From Deltaproteobacteria bacterium (lineage in GTDB: Bacteria > Desulfobacterota > Binatia > UBA9968): 64,000 nucleotides of DNA. The stretch is taken from contig VGTH01000009.1 in NCBI GenBank assembly GCA_016874755.1, positions 4,933 through 68,932 on the forward strand. Direction: 5' to 3'. The notes beneath the pieces were generated by a model, which made no database searches, was not told where the DNA came from, and saw only the letters and a list, made by a program, of their open reading frames with translations. This document shows, piece by piece, positions 10,127 to 20,183 of this stretch (positions within the stretch are counted from its first letter, which is position 1; every line of letters starts with the position of its first letter). The translations under genes and the position numbers were made by a program.

Positions 10127-11125
10127 TCAAAGCGTCAGGTCGGCGTCGGCGTTCAAGGCGTAATCGTCGCGCCGGCCGCGCCGCAGCCAGTCATGTCCCG
10201 CCAACGCGATCATCGCGCCATTGTCGGTGCAAAATTTCGGCGCCGGGGCAAAAACTTTGAACCCGTCGGCTTGGCCCAACTCGGCCATCTTAACGCGCAG
10301 CCGGCTATTGGCCGCCACGCCGCCGGACAACACAATTTGCTTTACACCCAACGCATGGCACGCCGCCAAGGTGGGCTTCACCAGCATATCGACCACCGCT
10401 TCTTGGAAACTCGCGGCGATGTCGGCCTGGTGATTTCTCCAATGCGCTTCGCCCTGGGTCTTGAGATAGTGCCACACGGCGGTCTTGATGCCGCTGAAAC
10501 TGAACTCGTAACTGCCCTTGCGAAAGCGCGCGCGCGGAAACTTGAGCGCTTTCGCGTCGCCGCTCCTGGCCAAATTGTCGATCGGCCGGCCGCCCGGATA
10601 TCCGAGATCCATCATCTTGGCGACTTTATCGAAAGCTTCGCCGGCGGCGTCGTCGCGCGTGCCGCCTAAAAAAACATAATCGCCGACGTCTTTGACATGG
10701 TAGAGCAGCGTATGTCCCCCGGAAGCGATCAATGCGATATAGGGAAAGCTGACGTCATGCTCCAAACGAATCGCCAGGAGATGGGCTTCGAGATGATTGA
10801 TGCCAACGAAAGGAATGCCCCAACGAAACGCCATTCCTTTGGCCATGGAAAGTCCGACCAGTAGCGAGCCCACCAGACCTGGGCCGTAGGTAACAGCGAT
10901 GCCATCGATCTGTTGAATCGTCACCCCGGCCTTTTGCAGCGCGCTGTCGATGATCGGCACGATATTTTTTATGTGCTGGCGCGAGGCCAGCTCCGGAACG
11001 ACGCCGCCGTAGGGGCTGTGAATCTGGTCCTGCGAAGAAACGATATTGGCGAGAATTTCCCGTCCGTCGCGCAACACGGCGGCGGCGGTGTCGTCGCACG
11101 AGGTCTCAACCCCCAGAACCAGCAT
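10127..11125 (-). CDS. tsaD: tRNA t6A threonylcarbamoyltransferase subunit
   Basis: GVETSCDDT, GGVVPELASRQH, NHLEAH, SGGHT, CTDNGAMIA. Confidence 0.97.
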   Translation of the reverse strand: MLVLGVETSCDDTAAAVLRDGREILANIVSSQDQIHSPYGGVVPELASRQHIKNIVPIIDSALQKAGVTIQQIDGIAVTYGPGLVGSLLVGLSMAKGMAFRWGIPFVGINHLEAHLLAIRLEHDVSFPYIALIASGGHTLLYHVKDVGDYVFLGGTRDDAAGEAFDKVAKMMDLGYPGGRPIDNLARSGDAKALKFPRARFRKGSYEFSFSGIKTAVWHYLKTQGEAHWRNHQADIAASFQEAVVDMLVKPTLAACHALGVKQIVLSGGVAANSRLRVKMAELGQADGFKVFAPAPKFCTDNGAMIALAGHDWLRRGRRDDYALNADADLTL

Positions 11126-11134
11126 GATCGGATT

Positions 11135-11872
11135 TCAGTGTGGCGCGCCGGTGCTATCGGCGGGCTGTAGCCGTGACAACCCGTCGCTGGCGGTCCGATT
11201 GCCGGAGTTTAACCGCAGGGATTGGGCGTAGGAAGATTGCGCTTTATCGATCATCCCAAGAGCGCGAAAATTGTCGCCGCGCAGCGCATGAATTTCCGCC
11301 ACCCAAAACGGGTCGCCGCCCATTCGCGCTTGCGCCACATCGAGAAAGTTAAGCGACTCTCGATAGCGCCTGAGCTGGTGTTGCGCCTTGGCCAGATAAA
11401 AATAGCCGTAGGGATTGCTGGAGTCGATCACAATCGTCTGTTCAAGACGAGTCAGGGCTTTGGTCGCATCACCGGCATCGAGCAGCCTACGTCCCTCTTC
11501 CGTCAGCCGCAGCGAGGCGGCTCGCTGTGGCGAGGTTCCAGGTCCGATCTTTGCCAGCAGCGAACTATTGTCAGGCAGCGGCGGCGCGGTATTTTCCGGC
11601 ACGGACGACGGCGGCTCCTTAGCGCTTTCCCTGCTGCTGCTTGGCGGCACCGTGCCGCGTTTCAGATCCTGCTCGGGAATCTTGGCTTCTTGCGGCAGTG
11701 TTTTGCGCGCCGGTTCAGCCGCTGCCGGCGGTGGTGGCGGCGCGGGTGGTACGCGCACGGTTTGCGGCGCGCTGGGCACCGGCGCCGGCGGTGTCCGATA
11801 AGGTCTTTGCGGCGCACAGCCGTAAACTATCGCCGCGCCGGCTAAAAGCAGAACGAGTCTTTCGTCGAGCAT
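11135..11872 (-). CDS. Lipoprotein with Pro-rich linker and C-terminal TPR repeats
   Basis: Lipobox-like VYGC after a hydrophobic stretch; TPR helices; directly downstream of PBP1B. Confidence 0.75.
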   Translation of the reverse strand: MLDERLVLLLAGAAIVYGCAPQRPYRTPPAPVPSAPQTVRVPPAPPPPPAAAEPARKTLPQEAKIPEQDLKRGTVPPSSSRESAKEPPSSVPENTAPPLPDNSSLLAKIGPGTSPQRAASLRLTEEGRRLLDAGDATKALTRLEQTIVIDSSNPYGYFYLAKAQHQLRRYRESLNFLDVAQARMGGDPFWVAEIHALRGDNFRALGMIDKAQSSYAQSLRLNSGNRTASDGLSRLQPADSTGAPH

Positions 11873-11906
11873 CGTGTGTGGGGATCGGGTTATTAAAGGC
11901 AATGGC

Positions 11907-14180
11907 TTACAGCTTCTCCGCGGTCTGTCTCACCGGTGTCGCCGCCGGCATGCAACCCTCAGCACCGGGATCTGTTTCACATTTGCTTTTTGGCGCACTC
12001 TCTTGCGGCACCTCGGGGCTCGGCGGTGGGAGAAAATCGCTCACGGGCATGCTCGCCGTGGCGCTTTTCATGAACTCAGTCCAGATCGGCAGCGCGGCCT
12101 GGGCACCGGAAAGACCGACCTTATTCTGGTTATCGAAGCCCACCCAGACCAACGCCAGCAGATCGGGCGTGTAGCCGACGAACCAGGCATCTTTGTAATC
12201 GTTGGTCGTGCCGGTTTTTCCGGCCGCCGGACGATTGAACCCCCAGCTGCGCGCCTGCGCCGCGGTGCCTCGATCGAGCACGCCCTTGAGCAGATTGTTC
12301 ATCATGAAGGCCACGCTGGGCGAAAGAATTTGCTCGACGCGCACGTCGCGCTTCTCCAAAACTTTCGTGTCGGCATTGACCACTTGCTTGACCGCCAGCG
12401 GTTGGGTGCGCACGCCGTTGTTGGCCAGCGTAGAAAACGCCACCGCTATCTCCAGGGGGGTTACCTCCGCCGATCCGAGTGACAATGACGGCACAGCCGG
12501 AAGAGTGCTTTGAATGCCCATGCGATGGGCGATATCGCGCACCCGCCTGATGCCAACATCGCGCGCCACTCTGCTGGTGGCTGAGTTGAGTGACATTTCC
12601 AACGCCCGCCGCACCGTCACCGAGCCGAAATAATCGTCATTATAGTTGTTTGGCTGCCACTCCTGCTTGTCGTAAACCCAAGTAAACTTCGAATCGCTGA
12701 CCTGTGTGTCCGGATAGTAGCGCCCGCCTTCTTGTCCGCCGTATATAAAGGCCGCCAGGTACACGAACGGTTTGAACACCGAGCCCGGCTGCCGCTTGGC
12801 TTGGAACACCCGGTTGAACTGCGACTTGGCATAGCTCCGCCCGCCGACCATCGCTTTGATCTCGCCGGTCTGCGGCCGCAGCACGATGATGGCGCCTTCC
12901 AAAGAATCTTCATCCGGCTTGCGGCGCAGGGAAGCATGGCTTTCTTCCAGCTTCTTCAGTCCGGAGCTGAGCGCGCGCTCGGCGATCTTTTGCAGATGCA
13001 AATCGAGGCTGGTAAAAATACGCAAGCCTTCCTGCTTGAGCACCTCGTCGGAATAGTTCTCCGCCAACTCCCGCTTCAGATAGTCGACGTAGAACGGCGC
13101 ATCATTGACGACTTTGATCAACTCGCGATGACGCAGCGGCTCCTTACTGGCGATATCGTACTGCTTGCGGGTGATAATTTGATCGTCGAGCAGCTTCGTG
13201 AGAACCACGTTGCGCCGCTTGGTGGCGGCTTCCAAACTACGGTAGGGGGAAAGTCTGTTGGGGGCGCGAATGAGCCCCGCCATCAGCGCCATCTCACCCA
13301 CCGACAGCTCGTTGAGCTGTCGGGAAAAATAAAATTGTGCTGCTTCGGAAACACCGAAAATCCCCTGGGAGCCCTTCTGCCCGAGGTAAATTTCGTTGAG
13401 GTAATTCTCCAAAATTTCGTCCTTGGAATATTTCCGCTCGGCGATCAGCGCCATGACCGCTTCTTTGGCTTTGCGGCTGAGCTTGCGCTCATCGGACAGA
13501 AAGAAGTTCTTCATGAGCTGCTGGGTCAAGGTGCTGCCGCCCTGGACCAAACCGAGGTTTTTTAGATTGACCCAGCTAGCCCGCAAAAGCCCGATGGGAT
13601 CGATACCGTGGTGGCTGTAGAAACGCTCGTCTTCGATAGCCAACACGGCTCTTATCAGCAACGGCGGCACTTCGTTCAACTTGACCACTTGCCGCTCTTG
13701 CCAGGTGCGCTCGTAGAGCCCGGTCGCCAGCTCGGGTTCGAGCTCGAGCGAAAACAGCTCCTGCGCATTGGTGGCGTTTTCAATGCGCGTAACGACCGAG
13801 TCTTGCAGCGATATCTTTACCGGGATGCCTTTGAACGCTTCGGTGGGGTAGGCGAAATCGTGCAGATACACCTCTAACAGCGCGCCGCCGGCTGGGTAGC
13901 GATATTCGCCTTTGCTCCTGGGCTGACTGGCGGTCTGCACGTAGCCCAACCGGCGCAGCTTTTCGCGCAGGTCTTCCGGGCGGACCCTGATACCGACGTA
14001 TAGGAGATAACTATCCGAATAGATTTTTGAAGGGTGAACCCACTTGCGCCCTTCAAATTTTTTGGTGACCGCGTCCTGCCAATCCTTCAGCAGCCAACCG
14101 CCGAAAACCAACCCGGTGGTGGTCAGCAAGAGCGTAACGACGATGGAATTGGTGAAGATTCGAAGCTTGGACTTATTCAA
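11907..14180 (-). CDS. mrcB: Penicillin-binding protein 1B (transglycosylase/transpeptidase)
   Basis: EDERFYSHHG, GGSTLTQQL, SVFK, SLN, KTGT motifs; UB2H-like N-terminal region. Confidence 0.92.
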   Translation of the reverse strand: MNKSKLRIFTNSIVVTLLLTTTGLVFGGWLLKDWQDAVTKKFEGRKWVHPSKIYSDSYLLYVGIRVRPEDLREKLRRLGYVQTASQPRSKGEYRYPAGGALLEVYLHDFAYPTEAFKGIPVKISLQDSVVTRIENATNAQELFSLELEPELATGLYERTWQERQVVKLNEVPPLLIRAVLAIEDERFYSHHGIDPIGLLRASWVNLKNLGLVQGGSTLTQQLMKNFFLSDERKLSRKAKEAVMALIAERKYSKDEILENYLNEIYLGQKGSQGIFGVSEAAQFYFSRQLNELSVGEMALMAGLIRAPNRLSPYRSLEAATKRRNVVLTKLLDDQIITRKQYDIASKEPLRHRELIKVVNDAPFYVDYLKRELAENYSDEVLKQEGLRIFTSLDLHLQKIAERALSSGLKKLEESHASLRRKPDEDSLEGAIIVLRPQTGEIKAMVGGRSYAKSQFNRVFQAKRQPGSVFKPFVYLAAFIYGGQEGGRYYPDTQVSDSKFTWVYDKQEWQPNNYNDDYFGSVTVRRALEMSLNSATSRVARDVGIRRVRDIAHRMGIQSTLPAVPSLSLGSAEVTPLEIAVAFSTLANNGVRTQPLAVKQVVNADTKVLEKRDVRVEQILSPSVAFMMNNLLKGVLDRGTAAQARSWGFNRPAAGKTGTTNDYKDAWFVGYTPDLLALVWVGFDNQNKVGLSGAQAALPIWTEFMKSATASMPVSDFLPPPSPEVPQESAPKSKCETDPGAEGCMPAATPVRQTAEKL

Positions 14181-14286
14181 AGCCAGCGCCCTACCACTGA
14201 TTCATATTCCCGCAGTTCGGTCGCAAAAGCAACAAAACGAGACACGGCGAAAGCCGGGTCTCGTTCGTTGCCGCGAACCGGCTGCC

Positions 14287-15801
14287 TCATTTCTGTGGCT
14301 TGAGTGCCAAGAACAGCGTGCTCTCACCCCGGCGAACCAAGAAGAGCACTCCGCGTCCTTTGCGAATGGTTGCCACCGATTTCTTGTATTCATCGACGCT
14401 GCGCACCGCCTTGCGGTCGATCTCAAGGATAACGTCGCCGCGCCGAATGCCGGCTTCGTCGGCGGCGCTCCCGGGCTCGACCTGAGTCACGACGACGCCT
14501 TCGGTCTTTTCCAGGCCCAAGCTCTCCGCCACCTGTGGCGTCAAGCGCTGCACCGTCATACCCAACTCGCCTTTTTCCGGGGCCGAGGCGACAACTTCTT
14601 CCTCTTTGAGCTCACCCACCGCAACGTTGAGGATCACTTCTTTCTTGTCGCGTAGCACCTTCATGCGGACTTTTTTCTCCACCGCCGTGCGCGCCACGAT
14701 GATCGGCAGCTCGGATGAGTCTTTGACTTCCTTGCCGTCGAATTCGACAATGACGTCGCCAACCTTGACGCCGGCTTTCTCCGCCGGCCCATCCTTGGAA
14801 ACATTGGCCACCAGCGCGCCGTAGCCGCGCTCCATGCCCAGGCTGTCGGCGATTTCGGGCGTGACTTTCTGAATTAGCACGCCCAGATAACCGCGCGTCA
14901 CTTTGCCTTTGCCACGCAGCTGCGGCAGGAGTTCTTTCACCAGATTGACTGGGATAGCAAAGCCAATCCCGATGTTGCCGCCGCTGCGCGTAAAGATCGC
15001 CGTGTTGATGCCAACCACTTCGCCGCGCAAGTTGATCAAGGGCCCGCCGGAATTGCCCGGGTTGATCGATGCATCGGTCTGGATAAAATTATCATAGGGC
15101 CCAGCGTTAATGTGCCGCCCCTTCGCGCTGACGATGCCTGAGGTCACGGTGCTGTCGAGACCAAACGGGTTGCCGATCGCCACGACCCATTCGCCGACTT
15201 CAAGTTTATCGGAGTCGCCCAATACAGCCACGGGCAAGGAGGTCTTGGCTTCGATCTTGATCACGGCGATGTCGGTCTTGGGGTCACGGCCCACCACCTT
15301 GGCCTCATGCTCGCTGTCGTCGGACAGCTTGACGACGATCTTTTGGGCATTTTCGACAACGTGATTATTAGTAAGAATGGAGCCGTCGCGATCGATGATA
15401 AAGCCCGAACCCGAACTGCGCTGGCGCTGCGGTCCGCGCGATCCGGGCCCGCCCGGCCCGCCGGGTCCACCAAAAAAGCGCCGCCAAAAATCATTGAACG
15501 GATCTTCTTCACCGAACGGGCTGCCAAAGTCCTGTCCGCCACCGCCGCGGCCTTCGCTCACAGCGGTGGTCGAGATATTGACAACCAGCGGCTTCATCCG
15601 TTTGGCCAGCGAAACGAAATCGGGTAGCCCGCCACGAACTTCTGGCGTTGCCGCCTCGCCCATGAGGTTGGCCCGGGTCGGCGCCAACCAGTCCAAGCTA
15701 CCGCTAATGCCCAGGCCAATGGCCAAAGAAACCAATGCCACCAACACCACCGCTTTGGTGCTAAAGTTCTCACTCCACAGGTTTTTCAAGTTCATCGACA
15801 C
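14287..15801 (-). CDS. degQ: Periplasmic serine protease DegQ/HtrA with two PDZ domains
   Basis: TNNHVV, DIAVIK, GNSGGPL. Confidence 0.93.
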   Translation of the reverse strand: MSMNLKNLWSENFSTKAVVLVALVSLAIGLGISGSLDWLAPTRANLMGEAATPEVRGGLPDFVSLAKRMKPLVVNISTTAVSEGRGGGGQDFGSPFGEEDPFNDFWRRFFGGPGGPGGPGSRGPQRQRSSGSGFIIDRDGSILTNNHVVENAQKIVVKLSDDSEHEAKVVGRDPKTDIAVIKIEAKTSLPVAVLGDSDKLEVGEWVVAIGNPFGLDSTVTSGIVSAKGRHINAGPYDNFIQTDASINPGNSGGPLINLRGEVVGINTAIFTRSGGNIGIGFAIPVNLVKELLPQLRGKGKVTRGYLGVLIQKVTPEIADSLGMERGYGALVANVSKDGPAEKAGVKVGDVIVEFDGKEVKDSSELPIIVARTAVEKKVRMKVLRDKKEVILNVAVGELKEEEVVASAPEKGELGMTVQRLTPQVAESLGLEKTEGVVVTQVEPGSAADEAGIRRGDVILEIDRKAVRSVDEYKKSVATIRKGRGVLFLVRRGESTLFLALKPQK

Positions 15802-15803
15802 TC

Positions 15804-16226
15804 CTATTTCTGCTTCACCCGCTCCACGTACCGCATGCGCAAATCGAACAGAATATCCTCGATCAGCTTATCTTCATTGTGGGTCAAATTGCCTTTGGTC
15901 TTATCCTTGAGCATGGCGACAAGATCGATCATCTGTTTGGCCACCGGGATGTCCTGCTCAAGGTTACCGTTGGCCGGGTTGGGGATCTCACCCAAATGCA
16001 TCAACGCCTGTGTGCTTAAGCTGACGACAAACGTAGAGAAATTAATCTCCGGCAACGGATCGTCACGGTGCGGGTCGGTTGCCGTGGTCGCAGTCGCGCT
16101 CGGTGGGGGCTGACTAGCGGCGGAAGCCACGGTCTCGGCGGTGTCTGCTTTAGCATCGCCCGAATCGGTAAAACGACGGCGATCCTGCACCGTGAACCCT
16201 TTTCCTTTGATCTCCTCTTCAGCCAT
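15804..16226 (-). CDS. DUF1844 family protein
   Basis: FSTFVVSL..QALMHLG..P.P, AKQMIDL..L..KTKGNL...E, LRMRYV. Confidence 0.85.
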   Translation of the reverse strand: MAEEEIKGKGFTVQDRRRFTDSGDAKADTAETVASAASQPPPSATATTATDPHRDDPLPEINFSTFVVSLSTQALMHLGEIPNPANGNLEQDIPVAKQMIDLVAMLKDKTKGNLTHNEDKLIEDILFDLRMRYVERVKQK

Positions 16227-16245
16227 AAAACCATCCCTTTAGAGC

Positions 16246-16297
16246 AAAAAAGCCTGGAAACGTCCCCGCGGCTGCTTCCAGCAGCGGATTTCCAGGC
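16246..16297 (-). terminator. Terminator-like hairpin in the leader of the DUF1844-degQ operon
   Basis: GCCTGGAAA/TTTCCAGGC stem with inner GCTGC-TGGAA-GCAGC hairpin, followed by T6 on the minus strand. Confidence 0.5.
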
Positions 16298-16396
16298 AGC
16301 ATTAATCGACCACCGAGTTAGCCCCGCCGGTCACAGACTGTATACACAAGGTTTTTTGAGAACCGCAACTAAAATCAGCTAGCGAAATCGATTCAA

Positions 16397-16426
16397 ACTC
16401 TAATCTGTGACCCCTAACCTTGTCAA
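16397..16426 (-). promoter_or_regulatory. Putative sigma70 promoter
   Basis: TTGACA-18-TAGAGT on the minus strand. Confidence 0.45.
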
Positions 16427-16498
16427 GTTTAGGGAAACTTGAGTGGCGCAGCAAGCCGTCCTGGCGGTTAGCGACCAAGCATTCGAAACAGAGGATTC

Positions 16499-17482
16499 TC
16501 AGCGGATCACGGTCTGCTGCCTCAGCCGCGCGATGACCATATCAGGCGTTAGCAGTGTTAGGCATTTGCGATGGGGACAGCTCTTCATGACCGGCCCACT
16601 GCAGGGTGCGCATTCGACATGCAGAGATAATGCTTCCACGGCTCGCCCTCGCGGCGCCCACTGGGAGGGGTCCGACGGTCCAAACAAAGCCACCGTCGGT
16701 GCGCCCACGGCAGCTGCCAAGTGGCTCATGCCGCTATCGTTGCCGAGATAGCTCTCGCAGTGCGCCAACAATGCCGCGGCTTGGCCGAGGGTGGGCGAAC
16801 GCAAGACCAGCATGTTCGATCCGTCGGGGCTGCCACGCTCCGCCTCCACCGGGCCCAGCAACATGAGCACTTGGCCCTTTTTTTCACGGCGCCACCAGTC
16901 GGCCACTACGGCGAAAGAAGACGCCGGCCAATTCTTCTCCAGCGCGCCGCTGCCCGGCGCCAGGACGAGCAAGGGCCGGCTACCGAGCCCATGCTCATTG
17001 GCGTAGTCATGCCACCAAGTCAATGCCGCCGGCGGCAACGGAATATTAGGAAGTGGTGCAGCCGCCGCGCCCGCAACACAAGAGAAGTAATAGTCTGCTT
17101 GATGTTGCGACGCTTGGGACGGACGAAAGGGATAAACGTCGCTTTCCGCGACCAGCCGGAGTTGCTCACGAAAGACCGGCTGGCCGCTTCCAGTCCACGA
17201 GTAAACCCTCCGATAGCAAGCAAAGAAATCGCCCACCCGGTCCTCCGCGGCTGCGCCGTCGACGAAGAGTCGAGCGATCTCCGGGCGTTCAATAGAATAG
17301 ACTCGGATCTCTTCACGTACCAGGTCGGCGTATGCGTGACGGGCAAACACATCGAGCGGCGCTTGTCGCGCTAGATGATGTAGCGCGGGGAGCAGGCAAA
17401 TGAAATCGCCCAACGCGCCCGGAAACAACACACAAACGCGCTGCGGAGTTTCCAACGAATGCGCCTTCAGAGGTAGTTTCAT
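16499..17482 (-). CDS. Glycosyltransferase family 9 (LPS heptosyltransferase-like)
   Basis: GALGDF, APGSG..KNWP, GNDSGMSHLAAAVGAPTVALFGPS. Confidence 0.88.
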   Translation of the reverse strand: MKLPLKAHSLETPQRVCVLFPGALGDFICLLPALHHLARQAPLDVFARHAYADLVREEIRVYSIERPEIARLFVDGAAAEDRVGDFFACYRRVYSWTGSGQPVFREQLRLVAESDVYPFRPSQASQHQADYYFSCVAGAAAAPLPNIPLPPAALTWWHDYANEHGLGSRPLLVLAPGSGALEKNWPASSFAVVADWWRREKKGQVLMLLGPVEAERGSPDGSNMLVLRSPTLGQAAALLAHCESYLGNDSGMSHLAAAVGAPTVALFGPSDPSQWAPRGRAVEALSLHVECAPCSGPVMKSCPHRKCLTLLTPDMVIARLRQQTVIR

Positions 17483-17558
17483 TGACAACGGCCGGACCAG
17501 AATATAGCATTAGTTGCAGTCCAGTCTAAGATTCCCCGCGGAGAAAGAGCGAAGTATC

Positions 17559-18512
17559 GTGGCCAGCAATAACGGTCATCGGTCGGTCATCGACCTCATC
17601 GGTACCACTCCCGTTGTCAAATTGCGCTGTCTCCCTGACAAGGACAGCGCCGAGGTGTGGGCAAAGTTAGAATCTTTCAACCCGGGTGGCTCGGTCAAGG
17701 ACCGCATCTGCCTCAACATGATCGAGACTGCCGAGCGCGCCGCCAAGCTCAAACCCGGCGCGACGATTGTCGAGCCCACCAGCGGCAACACCGGCATTGG
17801 CCTAGCGTTGATCTCGGCAGTGAAAGGCTATCGTTTGATACTCACCATGCCCGACACCATGAGCGAAGAACGTCGCAGCCTGCTAGCAGCCTACGGCGCC
17901 CACTTGGTGCTGACGCCCGACACCAAGGGCATGGGCGGTGCGATTCACAAAGCCGAAGAACTCTTGCAGGAACATCCAGAATACTTCATGCCGCAGCAAT
18001 TCAACAACCCGGCCAACCCGGAAATGCATCGCAAAACCACTGCGCAGGAGCTCTTGAAACAATTCAAACGCATCGATGCTTTTGTCGCCGGGGTTGGCAC
18101 CGGCGGCACCATTACCGGCGTCGGCGAGGTGCTCAAAGAAAAGATGAAAGGCGTGCGCATCTGTGCCGTAGAGCCTGCGAATTCCCCGGTCATCTCCGGC
18201 GGCGAACCGGGCTATCATAAGATCCAAGGCATCGGCGCCGGCTTCGTGCCGGCGGTGCTCAATCGCCAATTGCTCGACGAAGTCATCGCCGTCAGCGACG
18301 ACGACGCGACCCAATATGCACGGCGCTTGGCGGCTGAGGAAGGCATCCTCGTCGGCATTTCTTCCGGCGCCGCCTGCTGCGCTGCGCTGAAAGTCGCGCG
18401 CAAACTCGGCAAAGGTCATGTGGTCGTGACGGTGTTCGCCGATAAGGGCGAACACTATCTCAGCACGGATCTGTTTCACAACAAGCGATGGATGCAAAAT
18501 ACCAGCAACTAG
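17559..18512 (+). CDS. cysK: Cysteine synthase A
   Basis: [31 protein letters not shown]. Confidence 0.95.
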   Translation: MASNNGHRSVIDLIGTTPVVKLRCLPDKDSAEVWAKLESFNPGGSVKDRICLNMIETAERAAKLKPGATIVEPTSGNTGIGLALISAVKGYRLILTMPDTMSEERRSLLAAYGAHLVLTPDTKGMGGAIHKAEELLQEHPEYFMPQQFNNPANPEMHRKTTAQELLKQFKRIDAFVAGVGTGGTITGVGEVLKEKMKGVRICAVEPANSPVISGGEPGYHKIQGIGAGFVPAVLNRQLLDEVIAVSDDDATQYARRLAAEEGILVGISSGAACCAALKVARKLGKGHVVVTVFADKGEHYLSTDLFHNKRWMQNTSN

Positions 18513-19327
18513 AAGCGATCCTGCATAAAGCCCGGCGCGCGCTCATCGCCTTCTCCGCTGGCGTTGATTCCACCTTCCTGCTCAAAGTAGCTCACGACAC
18601 ACTCGGCTCCCGTGCCGTCGCGCTGACCGCTTCGTCGGCCAGCGTGCCGCCCGGCGAATTAGAATCTGCCAAAGCGTTCGTCCAACAGCTCGGTTGTCAG
18701 CACATCGTGCTCGACTCCCACGAGCTGGACAATCCCTTCTACGCGCAGAATCCGGTGAACCGCTGTTTTTTCTGCAAAGACGAGCTTTATCGCATCTGCC
18801 GTGAAGAAGCCGACAAAATCGGCATTGAAACCATCTTCGACGGCACCAATTTGGATGACTTGAAAGACCACCGTCCCGGCCTCAAGGCCGCCGAGCAGTG
18901 GCATGTGCAACATCCGCTGGTCGAAGCCGAGATGACTAAAGACGACATCCGCCGCTACAGCCGCGCGCTCGACCTGCCGACCTGGAATAAACCATCGAGC
19001 CCCTGTTTGTCATCGCGCTTCCCATACGGCACCGCGATCGATTTGGCGAAACTCAAACGGGTCGGCGCCTGCGAAATTTTTCTCAAAGAAAAAGGCTTCC
19101 GTGAGTTCCGCGTCCGCTACCACGGCGACTTGGCACGCATCGAAGTCGCGCAAACCGAACTGGACCGGCTTTTCGACAAAGATCTGCGCAGCGCCATCGT
19201 CGAGAAGTTCAAAGCCGTTGGTTTCAAGTACATCAGTCTCGACCTGCAAGGCTTTCGCAGCGGCAGTTTGAACGAAGGACTGAAGGTTAATCGCTCTATT
19301 TATTTGCGAACCAGCGGATCGTATTGA
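18488..19327 (+). CDS. larE: ATP-dependent sulfur transferase LarE
   Basis: PP-loop [21 protein letters not shown]...[25 protein letters not shown]. Confidence 0.9.
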   Translation: MDAKYQQLEAILHKARRALIAFSAGVDSTFLLKVAHDTLGSRAVALTASSASVPPGELESAKAFVQQLGCQHIVLDSHELDNPFYAQNPVNRCFFCKDELYRICREEADKIGIETIFDGTNLDDLKDHRPGLKAAEQWHVQHPLVEAEMTKDDIRRYSRALDLPTWNKPSSPCLSSRFPYGTAIDLAKLKRVGACEIFLKEKGFREFRVRYHGDLARIEVAQTELDRLFDKDLRSAIVEKFKAVGFKYISLDLQGFRSGSLNEGLKVNRSIYLRTSGSY

Positions 19328-19392
19328 TATCATCGACAAGTACTGACAGGAGGTTCAGTTATTCGAAGCGCCGAGTCGGTAAGCCTACGGGA

Positions 19393-19818
19393 TCATGGCC
19401 CAAGAACTGAAAACCCTTCACGTTCTGCGGCGTTGGCTAAGTTGCGATCGAACGTCACGAACTCGAAACTGGTGGGATCGTGTTCCGCGGCGACAAGTGC
19501 GGCCCCAACTTGAAGCGCGTCTGCAGCGCGCAATGGGTGACTCTCGATGAGCCGCTCCGCCAATTGCCGAGTGATTTCAACGGCTGTCACTTCAGACCAC
19601 TGATCCCAGGCTCGCAGCAGATCGCGCCGAGCCACACTCAAAGCAGCCGCGGCTTGCGGTTCTTCTCTGCGTCTTCTCGCAATCGCAGAAAGCAACTCCA
19701 CCCGCGTAAGCGTCCAGACCACTATTTCGGAGTCTTGCCTATACCAACTCTGAACGCGAGTAGATCCTCGTTCGGCAATAAAAAGCGGAATAATCGCGGA
19801 TGTGTCCCAAAACCTCAC
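19393..19818 (-). CDS. vapC: PIN-domain VapC toxin
   Basis: FWDTSAI, LRAADALQVGAAL, FVTFDRNL..AAEREG. Confidence 0.9.
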   Translation of the reverse strand: MRFWDTSAIIPLFIAERGSTRVQSWYRQDSEIVVWTLTRVELLSAIARRRREEPQAAAALSVARRDLLRAWDQWSEVTAVEITRQLAERLIESHPLRAADALQVGAALVAAEHDPTSFEFVTFDRNLANAAEREGFSVLGP

Positions 19819-20114
19819 CAGCCACTCCGACGTTCATTCAACAGATCTTTCAGCACGCTTTCTTCGACCCGTGCCAAGGGACGTTTGAGCAACCAAGCAC
19901 GATCACCTGACGAACCACGGCGAACAAGGCCTTTTCGTTCTAGCCGCGCGAGGCGCTCTTCCGGTGCGAGCAAAGCTCGCGACGAACCCTGCAAAGGAAC
20001 GATTTTCGCCACAGGTTGGTTGCGATCCATCACCAAAATGGACTCGCCACTTTTAACCTGGTCCAGATAGCGCGAAAGATTATTCTTAAGAGCGGCGATT
20101 CCGGCTTTCTTCAT
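19815..20114 (-). CDS. Phd/YefM family antitoxin (VapB-like)
   Basis: IAALKNNLSRYLDQVKSGE.ILVMDRNQPVAKIVP; 4-bp overlap with vapC. Confidence 0.9.
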   Translation of the reverse strand: MKKAGIAALKNNLSRYLDQVKSGESILVMDRNQPVAKIVPLQGSSRALLAPEERLARLERKGLVRRGSSGDRAWLLKRPLARVEESVLKDLLNERRSGW

Positions 20115-20149
20115 ATGGCTATAATAGCCATCAATAGGCCTGCGGTCAA
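20115..20149 (-). promoter_or_regulatory. Leaderless-type promoter with palindromic operator
   Basis: TTGACC-17-TATTAT-6 nt-ATG; palindrome ATGGCTAT-A-ATAGCCAT at 20115-20131. Confidence 0.6.
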
Positions 20150-20183
20150 ACAGCGATGGCGAGGGCGCTCAGCGGTTGCACTG

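Noticed and set aside
16246..16340. SRP (4.5S) RNA suggested by GGAAGCAGC
   Set aside because: The conserved CAGG..GNAA..AGCAG domain IV arrangement is not present
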